Shown here in pieces: positions 1 through 9,937 of a stretch of 64,000 nt of DNA. The stretch is from Minisyncoccota bacterium (GTDB lineage: Bacteria > Patescibacteriota > Minisyncoccia > Phycocordibacterales > Phycocordibacteraceae): positions 47,132-111,131 of the forward strand of contig JAQVIY010000003.1 of the NCBI GenBank assembly GCA_028695415.1, written 5' to 3'. A program made the position numbers and the translations under genes. How positions within the stretch are numbered: position 1 is the first letter of the stretch; the number at the start of each line of letters is the position of its first letter. The notes under the pieces are model-generated. The model saw only the letters and a list, made by a program, of their open reading frames with translations, was not told the origin of the DNA and ran no database searches.

Positions 1-538
1 CCTTGCTGAAGAACGACCGACTAATGGCAATGTGTTTTTCGAGTCGGTCGATGTGAACGATCTCCCTTTGTCCGCGCTCCATCACTACCGCCGTAAGATC
101 GGCATGGTGTTCCAGGACTTCCGCCTTATCCCCAACAAGACCGCGTACGAGAATATCGCCTTCGCGATGGAGGCGGCCGGCCGTACCGACGAGGAGATAG
201 CCTCGGATGTTCCCTATATTCTCGAGCTCGTGAATCTTGCCGATAAAGCCTCGCATTTCCCCGATCAGCTCTCGGGCGGTGAGAAACAGCGCATCGCCAT
301 CGGGCGCGCCATCATCAACCAGCCGGAGCTTATCGTCGCCGATGAGCCGACGGGTAATCTCGACCCTATCAACGCCTACGAGATAGTCGAGATTTTGAAG
401 AAAATCAACGAGCTCGGCACGACTATCATCATCACCACGCACAATAAGGGCGTGGTCGACGCTATCGGCAGGCGTGTGGTTACGATGGATCGCGGCCGCC
501 TCGTCCGCGATGACAAGGAGGGGAAATACGTTTTATAG
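1..538 (+). CDS. ftsE: cell division ATP-binding protein FtsE (ABC ATPase); 5' end truncated by window edge
   Basis: Translation has ABC signature [14 protein letters not shown] and Walker [14 protein letters not shown]. An FtsX-like permease gene follows 22 nt downstream. Confidence 0.85.
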   Translation, partial: LAEERPTNGNVFFESVDVNDLPLSALHHYRRKIGMVFQDFRLIPNKTAYENIAFAMEAAGRTDEEIASDVPYILELVNLADKASHFPDQLSGGEKQRIAIGRAIINQPELIVADEPTGNLDPINAYEIVEILKKINELGTTIIITTHNKGVVDAIGRRVVTMDRGRLVRDDKEGKYVL

Positions 539-560
539 CGACGCCTGATACAATACCTTT

Positions 561-1487
561 ATGGACTGGATGATTTTCAAGCGAGTGCTCACGAGCGGAT
601 GGAAAGGGTTCATTCGCGGCGGAGCGGTCTCGGCGGCGACGGTGCTTATCATGACCGTCACGCTCGCGATCATCGGCTCGCTCATCTTCCTCTCGGCACT
701 CCTCTCTTATACGCTCGTCTCGGTCACCGAGAAGGTCGATGTATCGGTCTATTTCGTCACGACGGCGAGCGAGGCAGACATATTCGCAGTGAAGGATCAG
801 CTTGAGAAGTTGCCTCAGGTCGCGAGTGTCTCATATACCTCGGCTGATGACGCGCTCGCCGCCTTTCGCGCGCGCCACGCGAGCGATCAGCTCACGCTTC
901 AGGCCTTGAATGAGCTCGGCGGTAATCCGCTCGACGCCTCGCTTGAGGTGCGCGCGAAGGACCCTTCGCAGTATGAAAGTGTGGTGAGCTTCCTCGAAGC
1001 ATCGCCCGCCCTCTCCTCGGGCGGCACCTCTATCGTCGACCGTATCAACTACGCGCAGAATAAAGAGGTCATCGACCGCCTCACGCTCGCGATACGGGCG
1101 ACGCGCGAGATAGGCTTCGCCGTGGTTATTCTCTTCGCTATCGCCTCGATCCTTATCGCGTTTGCGACTATCCGGCTCGCTATCTATACCTCTAAAGATG
1201 AGATAGGGGTGATGCGGCTCGTGGGAGCAAGTAATGCATATATCCAGGGACCCTTTATCGTTACCGGAATCATCACCGGCATTTCCGCCGCGGCGTGCGT
1301 CCTTTTCCTCCTCTGGCCGGCGACCTGGTATGCCGGAACCAAGACCGAGGGCTGGTTCGGCGGGTTCAATCTGGCGAACTATTACGCCGAACACTTCGCT
1401 CTCGTCTTTTTCGTACTGCTTCTCTCCGGTATCGTGCTTGGCGCTATCGCGTCGGTGTTTGCTATCCGTAAGTATCTAAAGGTCTGA
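561..1487 (+). CDS. ftsX: cell division permease FtsX-like
   Basis: 308 aa. N-terminal TM segment, a large periplasmic loop, then three C-terminal TM segments. Directly downstream of ftsE. Confidence 0.8.
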   Translation: MDWMIFKRVLTSGWKGFIRGGAVSAATVLIMTVTLAIIGSLIFLSALLSYTLVSVTEKVDVSVYFVTTASEADIFAVKDQLEKLPQVASVSYTSADDALAAFRARHASDQLTLQALNELGGNPLDASLEVRAKDPSQYESVVSFLEASPALSSGGTSIVDRINYAQNKEVIDRLTLAIRATREIGFAVVILFAIASILIAFATIRLAIYTSKDEIGVMRLVGASNAYIQGPFIVTGIITGISAAACVLFLLWPATWYAGTKTEGWFGGFNLANYYAEHFALVFFVLLLSGIVLGAIASVFAIRKYLKV

Positions 1488-1551
1488 TATGCCCCGTACC
1501 ACAATGTCATCGTTCAGTCCGATTATCAATAAACGCAGCGTGCGTTAAGTT

Positions 1552-3216
1552 GTGGTACGGGGTATGGCACGCGAAGGTCACAAATACATATTCGTCTTAG
1601 GCGGCGTGATGAGCGGCGTAGGGAAGGGCGTCGTCGCCTCGTCGATCGGGCTCCTTCTTGAGCAGAAAGGATTTCCGGTGAATCTGGTGAAAGTCGATCC
1701 GTATCTCAATGTCGATGCGGGGACGATGAATCCGACCGAGCACGGCGAGACATTCGTGCTCAAGTCCGGACTCGAGACCGACCAGGATATGGGTAACTAC
1801 GAGCGATTCCTCGGGCGCGATCTCACCGATGATGACTACATGACAAGCGGTATGGTGTATCAGACGGTCATCGCTCGCGAACGAGGGCTCGGCTACGGCG
1901 GCAAGTGCGTCGAGGCGATTCCGCACGTGCGGGACGAGATCCTCTCCCGTATCGAGAAGGCGGCTGCCTACAACGGCAGCCGCGTCTCCGTTATCGAGAT
2001 AGGCGGCACCATTGGTGATTTCCAAAACGCGCTCTTTATCGACGCGGCGCGCGTGCTCAAGATGCGCTACCCAGACGATGTTCTCTTTGTTATGGTGTCG
2101 TATCTCCCGACACCCGGCACCTTGGGCGAGATGAAGACGAAGCCGACCCAGACCGCCGTGCGCGACCTCAACTCATACGGCGTGCAGCCGGACTTCCTCG
2201 TCGCGCGGTCGAAAGAATCGATTGACGAGAAGCGCAAGGAAAAACTCTCGATAGCCTGCAATGTGAGGAGAGATCACATCATCGCGGCGCCCGATATAAA
2301 TAGCATCTACGAAGCACCGCTCAACTTTGAGAAGGACAAGTTCGGTGAGGCGCTTGCTGATGTGCTCAAGCTCTCGGGGAAGAAGAAAGCTTCGCTCGCC
2401 GCCTGGAGTCGATTCGTCAAGGCGGCAACGAACAAGAAGTCTCCCGAAGTGCACATCGCCGTCATTGGAAAATATTTCGATACGGGCAATTTCGTCCTCT
2501 CAGACGCGTATCTCTCGGTCATCGAGGCACTAAAGTTCTCTGCGGCGAAGCTCGGCAGGCGGCCGGTGCTCACCTGGATCAATTCAAAAGGGTTCGAGAA
2601 GGGCGAGCCGATAGCGAAGCTGAAGAAGTTCGACGGCATCGTCGTGCCGGGCGGATTCGGCGAGAGCGGCATCGAGGGCATCATCAAGGCGATCAAGTTT
2701 GCGCGCGAGAACAAGATACCGTATCTCGGGCTCTGCTACGGGATGCAGCTTATGGTGATCGAGTATGCGCGAAATGTTGTGGGACTGAAGAACGCGCACA
2801 CGACCGAGATACAGAAGAACAGCGAGGACCCGGTGGTGGATGTGATGCTCGAGCAGAAGAAGCACCTCGCCGACAATAAGTATGGTGGTACGATGCGTCT
2901 CGGCTCATACCCTGCGTACTTGAAGAAGGGCACGGTCGCGCGCGCCGCCTACAAGAAAGAGCTCATCGACGAGCGTCATCGCCATCGCTACGAGATAAAC
3001 CCGAGCTATGTGAAGAAACTCGAAGAGGCGGGACTTGTGTTCTCAGGCACCTCTCCCGACGGCGTTCTTATGGAGATAGCGGAGCTTCCGAAGAAGACGC
3101 ATCCCTTTATGCTCGCGACACAATTCCACCCTGAGCTTCAGGCGCGCCCCCTCACTCCGCATCCTCTCTTTACCGAATTTCTCCGCGCCGCTCTCGCGTG
3201 CAAGAAAAAGAAATGA
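1552..3216 (+). CDS. pyrG: CTP synthase (the ATG at 1564, MAREGHKYIF, may be the true start)
   Basis: N-terminal GGVMSGVGKG synthetase motif. C-terminal glutamine amidotransferase domain with the LGLCYGMQ catalytic Cys motif. 554 aa. Confidence 0.95.
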   Translation: MVRGMAREGHKYIFVLGGVMSGVGKGVVASSIGLLLEQKGFPVNLVKVDPYLNVDAGTMNPTEHGETFVLKSGLETDQDMGNYERFLGRDLTDDDYMTSGMVYQTVIARERGLGYGGKCVEAIPHVRDEILSRIEKAAAYNGSRVSVIEIGGTIGDFQNALFIDAARVLKMRYPDDVLFVMVSYLPTPGTLGEMKTKPTQTAVRDLNSYGVQPDFLVARSKESIDEKRKEKLSIACNVRRDHIIAAPDINSIYEAPLNFEKDKFGEALADVLKLSGKKKASLAAWSRFVKAATNKKSPEVHIAVIGKYFDTGNFVLSDAYLSVIEALKFSAAKLGRRPVLTWINSKGFEKGEPIAKLKKFDGIVVPGGFGESGIEGIIKAIKFARENKIPYLGLCYGMQLMVIEYARNVVGLKNAHTTEIQKNSEDPVVDVMLEQKKHLADNKYGGTMRLGSYPAYLKKGTVARAAYKKELIDERHRHRYEINPSYVKKLEEAGLVFSGTSPDGVLMEIAELPKKTHPFMLATQFHPELQARPLTPHPLFTEFLRAALACKKKK

Positions 3217-3250
3217 AAAAAGAGCCCGGCGTGCCGGGCTCTCTCGTTAT
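3213..3250. terminator. bidirectional rho-independent terminator between convergent pyrG and the ABC ATPase gene
   Basis: AGAGCCCGGC-GTG-GCCGGGCTCT hairpin with an A-run upstream and a T-rich tail downstream. Confidence 0.5.
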
Positions 3251-3996
3251 TCGAGTGTGCGACGGATGTCCTCAGTGAGGATGTCCACCTGTTTGAAAAA
3301 GGTCGCGGCACGCGTGTCGCGCGGGCGCGTGAGGTCGACCGAAAGCACCTTCTCTATTCTTCCCGGGTGCGCGCCCATCACGAGTATCTGATCAGAGAGC
3401 TCGATAGCGTCGGGAATAAGGTGATTCACCATAAGTATCGTCATGCCGTACGAGCGCCATATCTTCAGAAGGTCGCTCTTCAACGCTTCGGAGGTGATGG
3501 TATCGAGATTTGAAAACGGCTCGTCCATGATAAGGAGATCGGGAGAAATGGCGAGCGCGCGCGCGAGCCCGACTCTCTGGCGTTGACCGCCCGAGAGCGC
3601 GGCGGGGAAGCGGTTCTCAAGATGCGCGAGCCCGACCTCGCGGAGCTTCTCTCGCGCGACGCGCTCGCGCTCGTGTCGCCCCGCGCCGTCCATCCGCAGG
3701 CCGAACGCGACATTGTCGAGTGCTGAGAGCCACGGGAAGAGGGCATAATTTTGAAACACCATCGCGGGGCGTTTGAAATTTCGTATAATCTCGCCGCTTG
3801 AGGGCTGCATCAGCCCAAGGATGATACGCATCAGGGTAGATTTTCCGGCACCTGAAGGGCCGATGATAGACACGAACGACCCTTTCGGCAGAGAAAATGA
3901 GATATCTTTCAGGGTCGGTATGCTGTTCTTCTTCTCGTCAGCGAATCGCGCGGTGACGCGTGAGAGGACGAGAGTCATATCGTGGTCGTGTGTCAT
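3247..3996 (-). CDS. ABC transporter ATP-binding protein (nitrate/sulfonate/taurine NitT/TauT-like family)
   Basis: Walker A GPSGAGKST, signature LSGGQRQRVGLARAL, Walker B LLIMDEPFSNLD. 249 aa. Confidence 0.85.
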   Translation of the reverse strand: MTHDHDMTLVLSRVTARFADEKKNSIPTLKDISFSLPKGSFVSIIGPSGAGKSTLMRIILGLMQPSSGEIIRNFKRPAMVFQNYALFPWLSALDNVAFGLRMDGAGRHERERVAREKLREVGLAHLENRFPAALSGGQRQRVGLARALAISPDLLIMDEPFSNLDTITSEALKSDLLKIWRSYGMTILMVNHLIPDAIELSDQILVMGAHPGRIEKVLSVDLTRPRDTRAATFFKQVDILTEDIRRTLE

Positions 3997-3999
3997 AGG

Positions 4000-4749
4000 C
4001 TATTCGGCGTACCTTTTCGCGCTCTCGGCGAGGAGCGGCGCCCACACGAGACGATTCACGACGAATACGATGACGAGTATCGCGATCATCCCCGCTATCG
4101 CGCCCTGACTTATGCCCGTCACATCGGCACCCTTGATAAACGCACCGAAGCCGGCGATGTCGGTGATAATCTCGGCGCCGATGACTGACTCCCAGCCGAT
4201 AGCGATACCGACAATAGAGCCGGTGAGGATAGCGGGATAAGAGAGCGGGGTGAGATAGAAGGGGATGCGTTTCCATCCGCGCGCGCCAAATATCGTCGCG
4301 GCGTCATTCAAGTCGTTATGGGCGCTCTTGATAGCGGTGAGGACGGCGAAGAGGATAGGCCAGACGATAGAACTCACTGCGAAGAAGATGATCATCTGGT
4401 TCGTATAGCCGAGGAAATAGATGAAGAGCGGGATGAGCGCGAACGAAGGGAGATTCTGTAAGACGTCGAACACAGGGAAGAAATAATCCCCGAGAGGGCT
4501 CCAGCCGACGAGGAGCGCGATGGTGACGCCGAGCGCAAGCGCGATGAAGTAGGCGAGCACGAGGCGATAAGTGGTGTGGAAGATAGCACTGCCAAGCACG
4601 CCCCAGGTCACCATGCCGAAGAACCCGAGCGCGATGAGTATCGCGGCGATAACAACGACACCCGTCATGATGAGCCAGGCGCGCTTATGACGGACGGCGT
4701 GTATGCGATGCCACGCAGGAGTCGGGGCGTGCGCGAGACTATGAACCAT
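4000..4749 (-). CDS. ABC transporter permease (binding-protein-dependent inner membrane component)
   Basis: 249 aa polytopic membrane protein immediately upstream of the ATPase. EAA-like loop region. No substrate-binding protein gene sits in the operon. Confidence 0.75.
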   Translation of the reverse strand: MVHSLAHAPTPAWHRIHAVRHKRAWLIMTGVVVIAAILIALGFFGMVTWGVLGSAIFHTTYRLVLAYFIALALGVTIALLVGWSPLGDYFFPVFDVLQNLPSFALIPLFIYFLGYTNQMIIFFAVSSIVWPILFAVLTAIKSAHNDLNDAATIFGARGWKRIPFYLTPLSYPAILTGSIVGIAIGWESVIGAEIITDIAGFGAFIKGADVTGISQGAIAGMIAILVIVFVVNRLVWAPLLAESAKRYAE

Positions 4750-4792
4750 GCTTGTATTCTAGCGCGCTTTTAGGGCGTGATACGATGAAGGT

Positions 4793-5332
4793 ATGAACAT
4801 ACACCCATTTTTTGTGCATTTCCCGATAGCACTGCTTGCGGTGTATTCGCTTCTTGAGATTGGCACCTATGTTTCCCCGGCGCTTCGCCGTCAGCCATGG
4901 ATGTTCCCCGTAAAGGCGTTTCTGCTTTTCGTCGGCGCCTTCGCTGCGTTCGCCGCCTTAGTGACTGGCGGTATAGCGGGAGATCTCATAGAGGGGACAA
5001 GCGCCCGTGCGTACATACTAGAGGTGCACGCATCGTTTGCGGGAGTAACGACGCTCCTCTACATTGTCCTCGCGGCGGCGTATCTCACATGCATAGGCGA
5101 CACGCTGGGGTGGGGGAACCGCATCGCCGGATTGAACAATCCCTTCATGCGCATCTGGAGCGTCAAGAAGTTTCTCGCGCATCTCGTGCTCGACACCTGG
5201 GTCTTGCCTGTACTTGCGTTCCTCGCCCTCGTCGGCATGATTATCACTGGTGTCTTGGGTGCGGCGATAGTCTACGGTCCAGGCATCGACCCGTTCGTTT
5301 CATTCACCTACCACCTCTTCTGGGCGCAGTAA
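4793..5332 (+). CDS. hypothetical polytopic membrane protein (DUF2231-like N-terminal HFPIAL motif)
   Basis: 179 aa with 4-5 predicted TM helices. Starts MNIHPFFVHFPIALL. Confidence 0.4.
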   Translation: MNIHPFFVHFPIALLAVYSLLEIGTYVSPALRRQPWMFPVKAFLLFVGAFAAFAALVTGGIAGDLIEGTSARAYILEVHASFAGVTTLLYIVLAAAYLTCIGDTLGWGNRIAGLNNPFMRIWSVKKFLAHLVLDTWVLPVLAFLALVGMIITGVLGAAIVYGPGIDPFVSFTYHLFWAQ

Positions 5333-5388
5333 GTAGTTGAATAAAAGCCGGTTTTCAGCTACTCTCCCTGTATCGCGTGTTCGCAATT

Positions 5389-5459
5389 TGCGGGATCGTC
5401 TAATGGTAGGACGCGACCCTCTGGAGGTCGTTATCTTGGTTCGAATCCAGGTCCCGCAG
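5389..5459 (+). tRNA. tRNA-Gln (anticodon CUG)
   Basis: Cloverleaf read by hand. Acceptor TGCGGGA/TCCCGCA with the U1-A72 pair typical of bacterial tRNA-Gln. Anticodon loop CTCTGGA, T-arm CTTGG-TTCGAAT-CCAGG, no encoded CCA. Confidence 0.8.
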
Positions 5460-5704
5460 CAACATTGAATTCGAGGCATTTTTAGGGGTGTTTGCGAGTA
5501 TGTGATACGGACTTTTGTATTGTATCTTCGCCATTTCTCCGTTCTTGATAGGAGTCTGAGTTCGTCAAGAGAAAAGGTGCCCGACACTGTTTCTCCAGCT
5601 TGATTTGCCTAAATCAACTTATCAACACTTTTGTAAAAATATTGCATTTTCCAATAGTATAGTATACAATACTAACGCATTCGTAATGAGTAATAGTAAA
5701 AGAT

Positions 5705-6970
5705 ATGCATATTTCACTTGTTGAATTTTCCGTTGAAAACTACAAGGTTTTCAAAGAACGGGCTGTTTTTTCTATGCTCGCTCGGAAAAACGATAAACAT
5801 ACGTTTGAGAGTAACGGCGAAAACCTGCTTAAAACATCCCTAATTTATGGGCCAAATGCGTCTGGAAAGACGTCTCTTTTGGATGCATTCAGCCTTATAA
5901 AGGCAGGTATTATTGTATCGGCAAATCTATCCACTAACCCCAAAGATCGTTTAGGAATTCCCTATTTTCCGTTTTTAGGGTTAAAAAACACCCAAACAGA
6001 ACCATCTAGTTTTGAAGTTGTATTTTCGACAAAAGGATCTTATAGCGGAGTTTACCGCTATGGTTTCTCGATTCTGCCTGATCGAATTACTAAGGAACAA
6101 ATGAGTGTTGTGCTTGCAAATGGGAAAGAGGAGATCCTTTTCTCCCGCACAGAACAAAAGATAGCGGTCTCTGGAAATGTGTTTGCTAGTGTTAAAGATC
6201 TTACGGAAACTACACGCAAAGAAGCACTCTTCCTCTCCACGGCAGCGCAAATTAACAACAAGTTTGCCCTAGGAATTGTTGGTGCATTTCGCGATATCAA
6301 TATAATCTCTGGAGTTCGTGGTCAGTATGAAGAGTTCACGATTAGGAAATTTAAAGAAGATCCTGAATACAAGACGCGAATCCTAGAGTATCTAAAAACT
6401 GCCGATTTTTGCATCTTTGATGGTCTAACGGAAGAAATTGATGTGCCGGCACTAGATGAAATAAAAGACGATGCTGATAGTTTCTCTGCAAGAAAACGAA
6501 TGGAGAAAGGAAACGTATTAATCTTCAAGCATCCTGTATACGGCGAAGATAAGAAAAAGATTGATGACTTTAAACTTCTCTTAGAGGACGAGTCGACAGG
6601 TACTCAAAAGTTTCTTTCTGTCCTTGGTCCAATTATTGACACCCTTATTGAAGGGAAAGTTTTGTTCATTGATGAATTCGATAATAGTCTTCATCCATTT
6701 CTGACAAAACTTACTATTGATCTCTTTGAGTCTAGTGAAATTAATAAGAAAGATGCTCAACTCATTGTAACAACGCATGATGTGAGTCTCTTGTCTTACA
6801 AAGATGACTTCATAAAAGATCAATTTTGGTTTACCGAAAAAGATGAACTTGGTGCAGCCAAACTTTTCTCTCTTGCGGAATTCAAACTAAGAAATGACAC
6901 GGAATTTTCGAAAAAGTACCTAGAGGGTCGCTTTGGGGCTCTGCCGTTTGTTATTCCGTTGGAAAAATAG
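5705..6970 (+). CDS. AAA/ABC-type ATPase of the AAA_21/AAA_15 class (AbiLi/RloA-like abortive-infection ATPase)
   Basis: 421 aa. Walker A GPNASGKTS near the N-terminus. C-terminal LFIDEFDNSLHP Walker B plus TTHD motif. AT-rich gene within about 250 nt of a tRNA 3' end. The next gene is RloB-like. Confidence 0.75.
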   Translation: MHISLVEFSVENYKVFKERAVFSMLARKNDKHTFESNGENLLKTSLIYGPNASGKTSLLDAFSLIKAGIIVSANLSTNPKDRLGIPYFPFLGLKNTQTEPSSFEVVFSTKGSYSGVYRYGFSILPDRITKEQMSVVLANGKEEILFSRTEQKIAVSGNVFASVKDLTETTRKEALFLSTAAQINNKFALGIVGAFRDINIISGVRGQYEEFTIRKFKEDPEYKTRILEYLKTADFCIFDGLTEEIDVPALDEIKDDADSFSARKRMEKGNVLIFKHPVYGEDKKKIDDFKLLLEDESTGTQKFLSVLGPIIDTLIEGKVLFIDEFDNSLHPFLTKLTIDLFESSEINKKDAQLIVTTHDVSLLSYKDDFIKDQFWFTEKDELGAAKLFSLAEFKLRNDTEFSKKYLEGRFGALPFVIPLEK

Positions 6971-6975
6971 CACAC

Positions 6976-7599
6976 ATGTCTTCAAGATTCACCAGGAAAC
7001 AAGATAACCGAAAACCACGCAAAGTCATCTTTATCTATTCTGAAGGTACGAAGACAGAACCAAACTACTTCAATGCCATCAAAACAGAACTTCGTCTACA
7101 AGAAGTAGACATAAAAGTTCACGGATGTGCTGATCATACCCTGCCTCTTGTAAGGTGGGTTATAGACAGAAAAACAGAAGCAGGAAATTCAGATGAGGGA
7201 ACCGAGTGGTGGGTGGTATTTGATAAAGATGCCCACGATGGTTTTGACGACGCAATAAAGCTTGCAAGGGAGAATGGCATCGATACGGCCTATTCTAACG
7301 AATGTTTTGAATTATGGTTCATACTGCATTTTGATTTCCTAAATACTGCTATTGGTCGTGAGAACTACTATTCAAAACTTACTAAGTTACTCGGGACAAA
7401 ATACGAAAAGTGCACTTCAAATATCTATGAACTTATAAAAGATAATGAGGCCACAGCTATACGTAATGCCAAAAAATTAGAAGAACAACATGATACCAGT
7501 GGTACGAAGTCCTCTCAAAAGAGAGATCCTTCGACAACCGTGTATATGTTGGTAGAAAAACTGAGGGAACTTAAAATATCGCGAGATATTGATAATTAG
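6976..7599 (+). CDS. RloB-like protein (AbiLii / TOPRIM-related partner of the upstream ATPase)
   Basis: 207 aa. The N-terminal KVIFIYSEGTKTEPNYF motif is characteristic of RloB-family proteins. Separated from the ATPase stop by a 5-nt spacer. Confidence 0.7.
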   Translation: MSSRFTRKQDNRKPRKVIFIYSEGTKTEPNYFNAIKTELRLQEVDIKVHGCADHTLPLVRWVIDRKTEAGNSDEGTEWWVVFDKDAHDGFDDAIKLARENGIDTAYSNECFELWFILHFDFLNTAIGRENYYSKLTKLLGTKYEKCTSNIYELIKDNEATAIRNAKKLEEQHDTSGTKSSQKRDPSTTVYMLVEKLRELKISRDIDN

Positions 7600-7620
7600 T
7601 AAGTAGAGGCTTAAGGGGGT

Positions 7621-7646
7621 TCCACGTCGAACCAGACCCGCAGCCG
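7621..7646. repeat. degenerate copy of the tRNA-Gln 3' end (possible attR remnant of the islet)
   Basis: TCGAACCAGACCCGCAGCC versus tRNA 3' TCGAATCCAGGTCCCGCAGCA, about 17/21 identical with two small gaps. Confidence 0.3.
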
Positions 7647-7739
7647 ACGAACGAAGATGAGGAGGTGCTGAGGCAGTTGAGGAATGGCGATGACGAAATA
7701 CTGAACTCAGCGGAGCGAAGTGCGTTAGAATTGCACAGT

Positions 7740-7982
7740 ATGTATTTTGTATACATTCTCGAATGCAAGGATGGGTCGTTATATACGGGCATAACGACAA
7801 ATGTTGAACGACGCTTTGCAGAGCATAAAAATAGAATTGGCGGACACTATACCCGCTCAAAGCAAGCCGTGCGTGTCGTATACACCGAGCAATACCCCAA
7901 CAGGTCGTTAGCATCAAAAAGGGAAAGCGAGATAAAAAGTTGGCGGCGAGACAAAAAGATGAATCTGATAGAATCTAAATAA
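7740..7982 (+). CDS. GIY-YIG nuclease family protein (small UPF0213/YhbQ-like)
   Basis: MYFVYILECKDGSLYTGITTNVERRFAEH matches the GIY-YIG core. About 80 aa. The listed ORF start at 7665 is probably an upstream extension. Confidence 0.7.
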   Translation: MYFVYILECKDGSLYTGITTNVERRFAEHKNRIGGHYTRSKQAVRVVYTEQYPNRSLASKRESEIKSWRRDKKMNLIESK

Positions 7983-8151
7983 TGAAACTTCTGAAAGAAG
8001 TTAGACTAATCGAGGTCAAGCGGACATTCGTGATATCCGATCAGATTGCCCATGTGCACAATGGCAAAAACTCGGGAATAATCGTAAGTTTATAAAAGAT
8101 CTTTCTGAAAAAGAATTTGATAAAAAGCTGTCAGATACGAAGAAAAGAATC

Positions 8152-8610
8152 TTGAAACTCAAAGAAAAAGAGTTAGACAAATTAGTTTCTCCCGAGTGGC
8201 CGAAAAGGCTCAGAGTGTACACGGGGAGCAAGTGGTTTTTAGCGCACGTTAGTCCTAAAGAAGTCGGTGTGTGGACGAGAGCGGGAGGCTTACCATTGCG
8301 GTGGACAAATAAGAGTCTTGCTGAAACTGCAGGTAAAGTAGCACGAGGGCTTGAAAGGAATTCAACGTCGATTAAACGGAGACCGAAACATGCAATACCG
8401 AATATTTTGAAAATAAAAGATCATTTGGAACAAAAAGAAAGGTACTTGTATCCTATCGTTTTTAAGACTGATACGGGGACAATGGGCAGAAAGAGATTGA
8501 AGAGAAAAATGGCTGGAGATATCGATGACGGCAATATGAGGTCTATTGCACTGGCAATGAACGGAAGAAACCCGATTACTGTGTATTTCGGTATTCCGTT
8601 TGAATCTTAG
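8152..8610 (+). CDS. hypothetical basic protein (TTG start; possibly non-coding)
   Basis: K/R-rich 152-aa ORF in an AT-rich stretch. No recognisable motifs. Confidence 0.2.
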   Translation: MKLKEKELDKLVSPEWPKRLRVYTGSKWFLAHVSPKEVGVWTRAGGLPLRWTNKSLAETAGKVARGLERNSTSIKRRPKHAIPNILKIKDHLEQKERYLYPIVFKTDTGTMGRKRLKRKMAGDIDDGNMRSIALAMNGRNPITVYFGIPFES

Positions 8611-8647
8611 GTTCTGCGAAGGTGAATGTGGGTGGTATAGTTTCTTT

Positions 8648-9211
8648 ATGAAAACATCATTATTGGTTGTCATCGTTCTCGTCGTGCTTGGTGCGGGATA
8701 TTACCTTTCTACATCGGGCGGAGCGAAGCCTGCGGCGACAGAGTATAAGAACGCGACCTATGTCATTGAGGGCGAGCCAGTGACGCTTATAAACGGCAGG
8801 GCGGAGACGCCCGCGGCACCCGGTTCAGCATCGAAAGTGGTGACGCAATATTTCGGTAATGAATTGAAAACCGATCTCAATGGCGATGGACGGGAAGATG
8901 TCGCGTTTATCCTCACGCAGGATCGCGGTGGCTCCGGCACGTTCTACTACGCCGTCGCGGCGTTGAACACGACGAAGGGATGGATTGGTTCCGACGGATA
9001 TTTGCTTGGTGACCGCGTCGCGCCGCAGGCGACGACCATCAGCCCGAACCCTAAGCAGAAACAGGTCGTCGTGTTCAACTACGCAGATCGCGCACCCAAT
9101 GAACCGATGACCGCTCAACCTTCTGTCGGCAAGAGTGCGTACCTCAAACTCAATCCGGAGGCGATGCAGTGGGGAATCGTGATACCTAATTTTGAGGGCG
9201 AATCGCGCTAA
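8648..9211 (+). CDS. hypothetical secreted/membrane-anchored protein
   Basis: Starts MKTSLLVVIVLVVLGAGYY (signal anchor). GC-rich coding. First of three consecutive exported proteins. Confidence 0.5.
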   Translation: MKTSLLVVIVLVVLGAGYYLSTSGGAKPAATEYKNATYVIEGEPVTLINGRAETPAAPGSASKVVTQYFGNELKTDLNGDGREDVAFILTQDRGGSGTFYYAVAALNTTKGWIGSDGYLLGDRVAPQATTISPNPKQKQVVVFNYADRAPNEPMTAQPSVGKSAYLKLNPEAMQWGIVIPNFEGESR

Positions 9212-9214
9212 AAC

Positions 9215-9883
9215 ATGAAAACTTCAGCTGCGATCTGGTCGGCAATCGCCGTCGTTCTCGTTGCTGGTGGAGCGTGGTATGTGTTCAACCATCCTGTATC
9301 GGTGCAGACATCAGGCGGGCTAAACATCGCGTGGAATCAGTCAGGCACCTCTACGTCTGCACCTGCCTCTTCATCGGCGCAAGCGAGCCTCACGCGGCCA
9401 TACTCCAACACCCCGATGAAAGTCTTGCTGCAACTGCCGGATGATTACACGATTGATGAATCATATCGCTATCAAGAGCTCGGTCCCGGGAAGGATATTT
9501 TAGGTGCCAATTTCATCATTCCCGCGGCTGTAGCAGACGGCACTAATCTCGGCACTGATTCGAGCCTGAGTATCGAACAACTTCCGAAGCTCAAGGAGTG
9601 TACGGCGGCGCCCTTTTTGTGGCAGGACGGAGTAGCGGTACGCACGATTGTCGAAGGCAGCACGACCTATTCGGTCGCGGCGGCGACGGGCGCCGCCGCG
9701 GGCAGCCGGTATGAAGAGACCGTGTATGCGCTCCCCGGTACGAACCCGTGTATCGCGGTGCGCTATTTCATCCACTACGGTGTCATCGAGAATTATCCGG
9801 CAGGCGCCGTGCGTGAATTCGATCGGGCAGCGCTCCTCGCTACCTTCGACGCGATACGGCACTCACTGAAGGTGGTGCAATAA
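9215..9883 (+). CDS. hypothetical secreted/membrane-anchored protein
   Basis: N-terminal MKTSAAIWSAIAVVLVAGGAWYV hydrophobic anchor. 222 aa. Confidence 0.5.
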   Translation: MKTSAAIWSAIAVVLVAGGAWYVFNHPVSVQTSGGLNIAWNQSGTSTSAPASSSAQASLTRPYSNTPMKVLLQLPDDYTIDESYRYQELGPGKDILGANFIIPAAVADGTNLGTDSSLSIEQLPKLKECTAAPFLWQDGVAVRTIVEGSTTYSVAAATGAAAGSRYEETVYALPGTNPCIAVRYFIHYGVIENYPAGAVREFDRAALLATFDAIRHSLKVVQ

Positions 9884-9937
9884 AGTCCAGCATACTGCAG
9901 GTGTGTACAGCGTCCGCGCACCGTATGTCGGAGTGAT

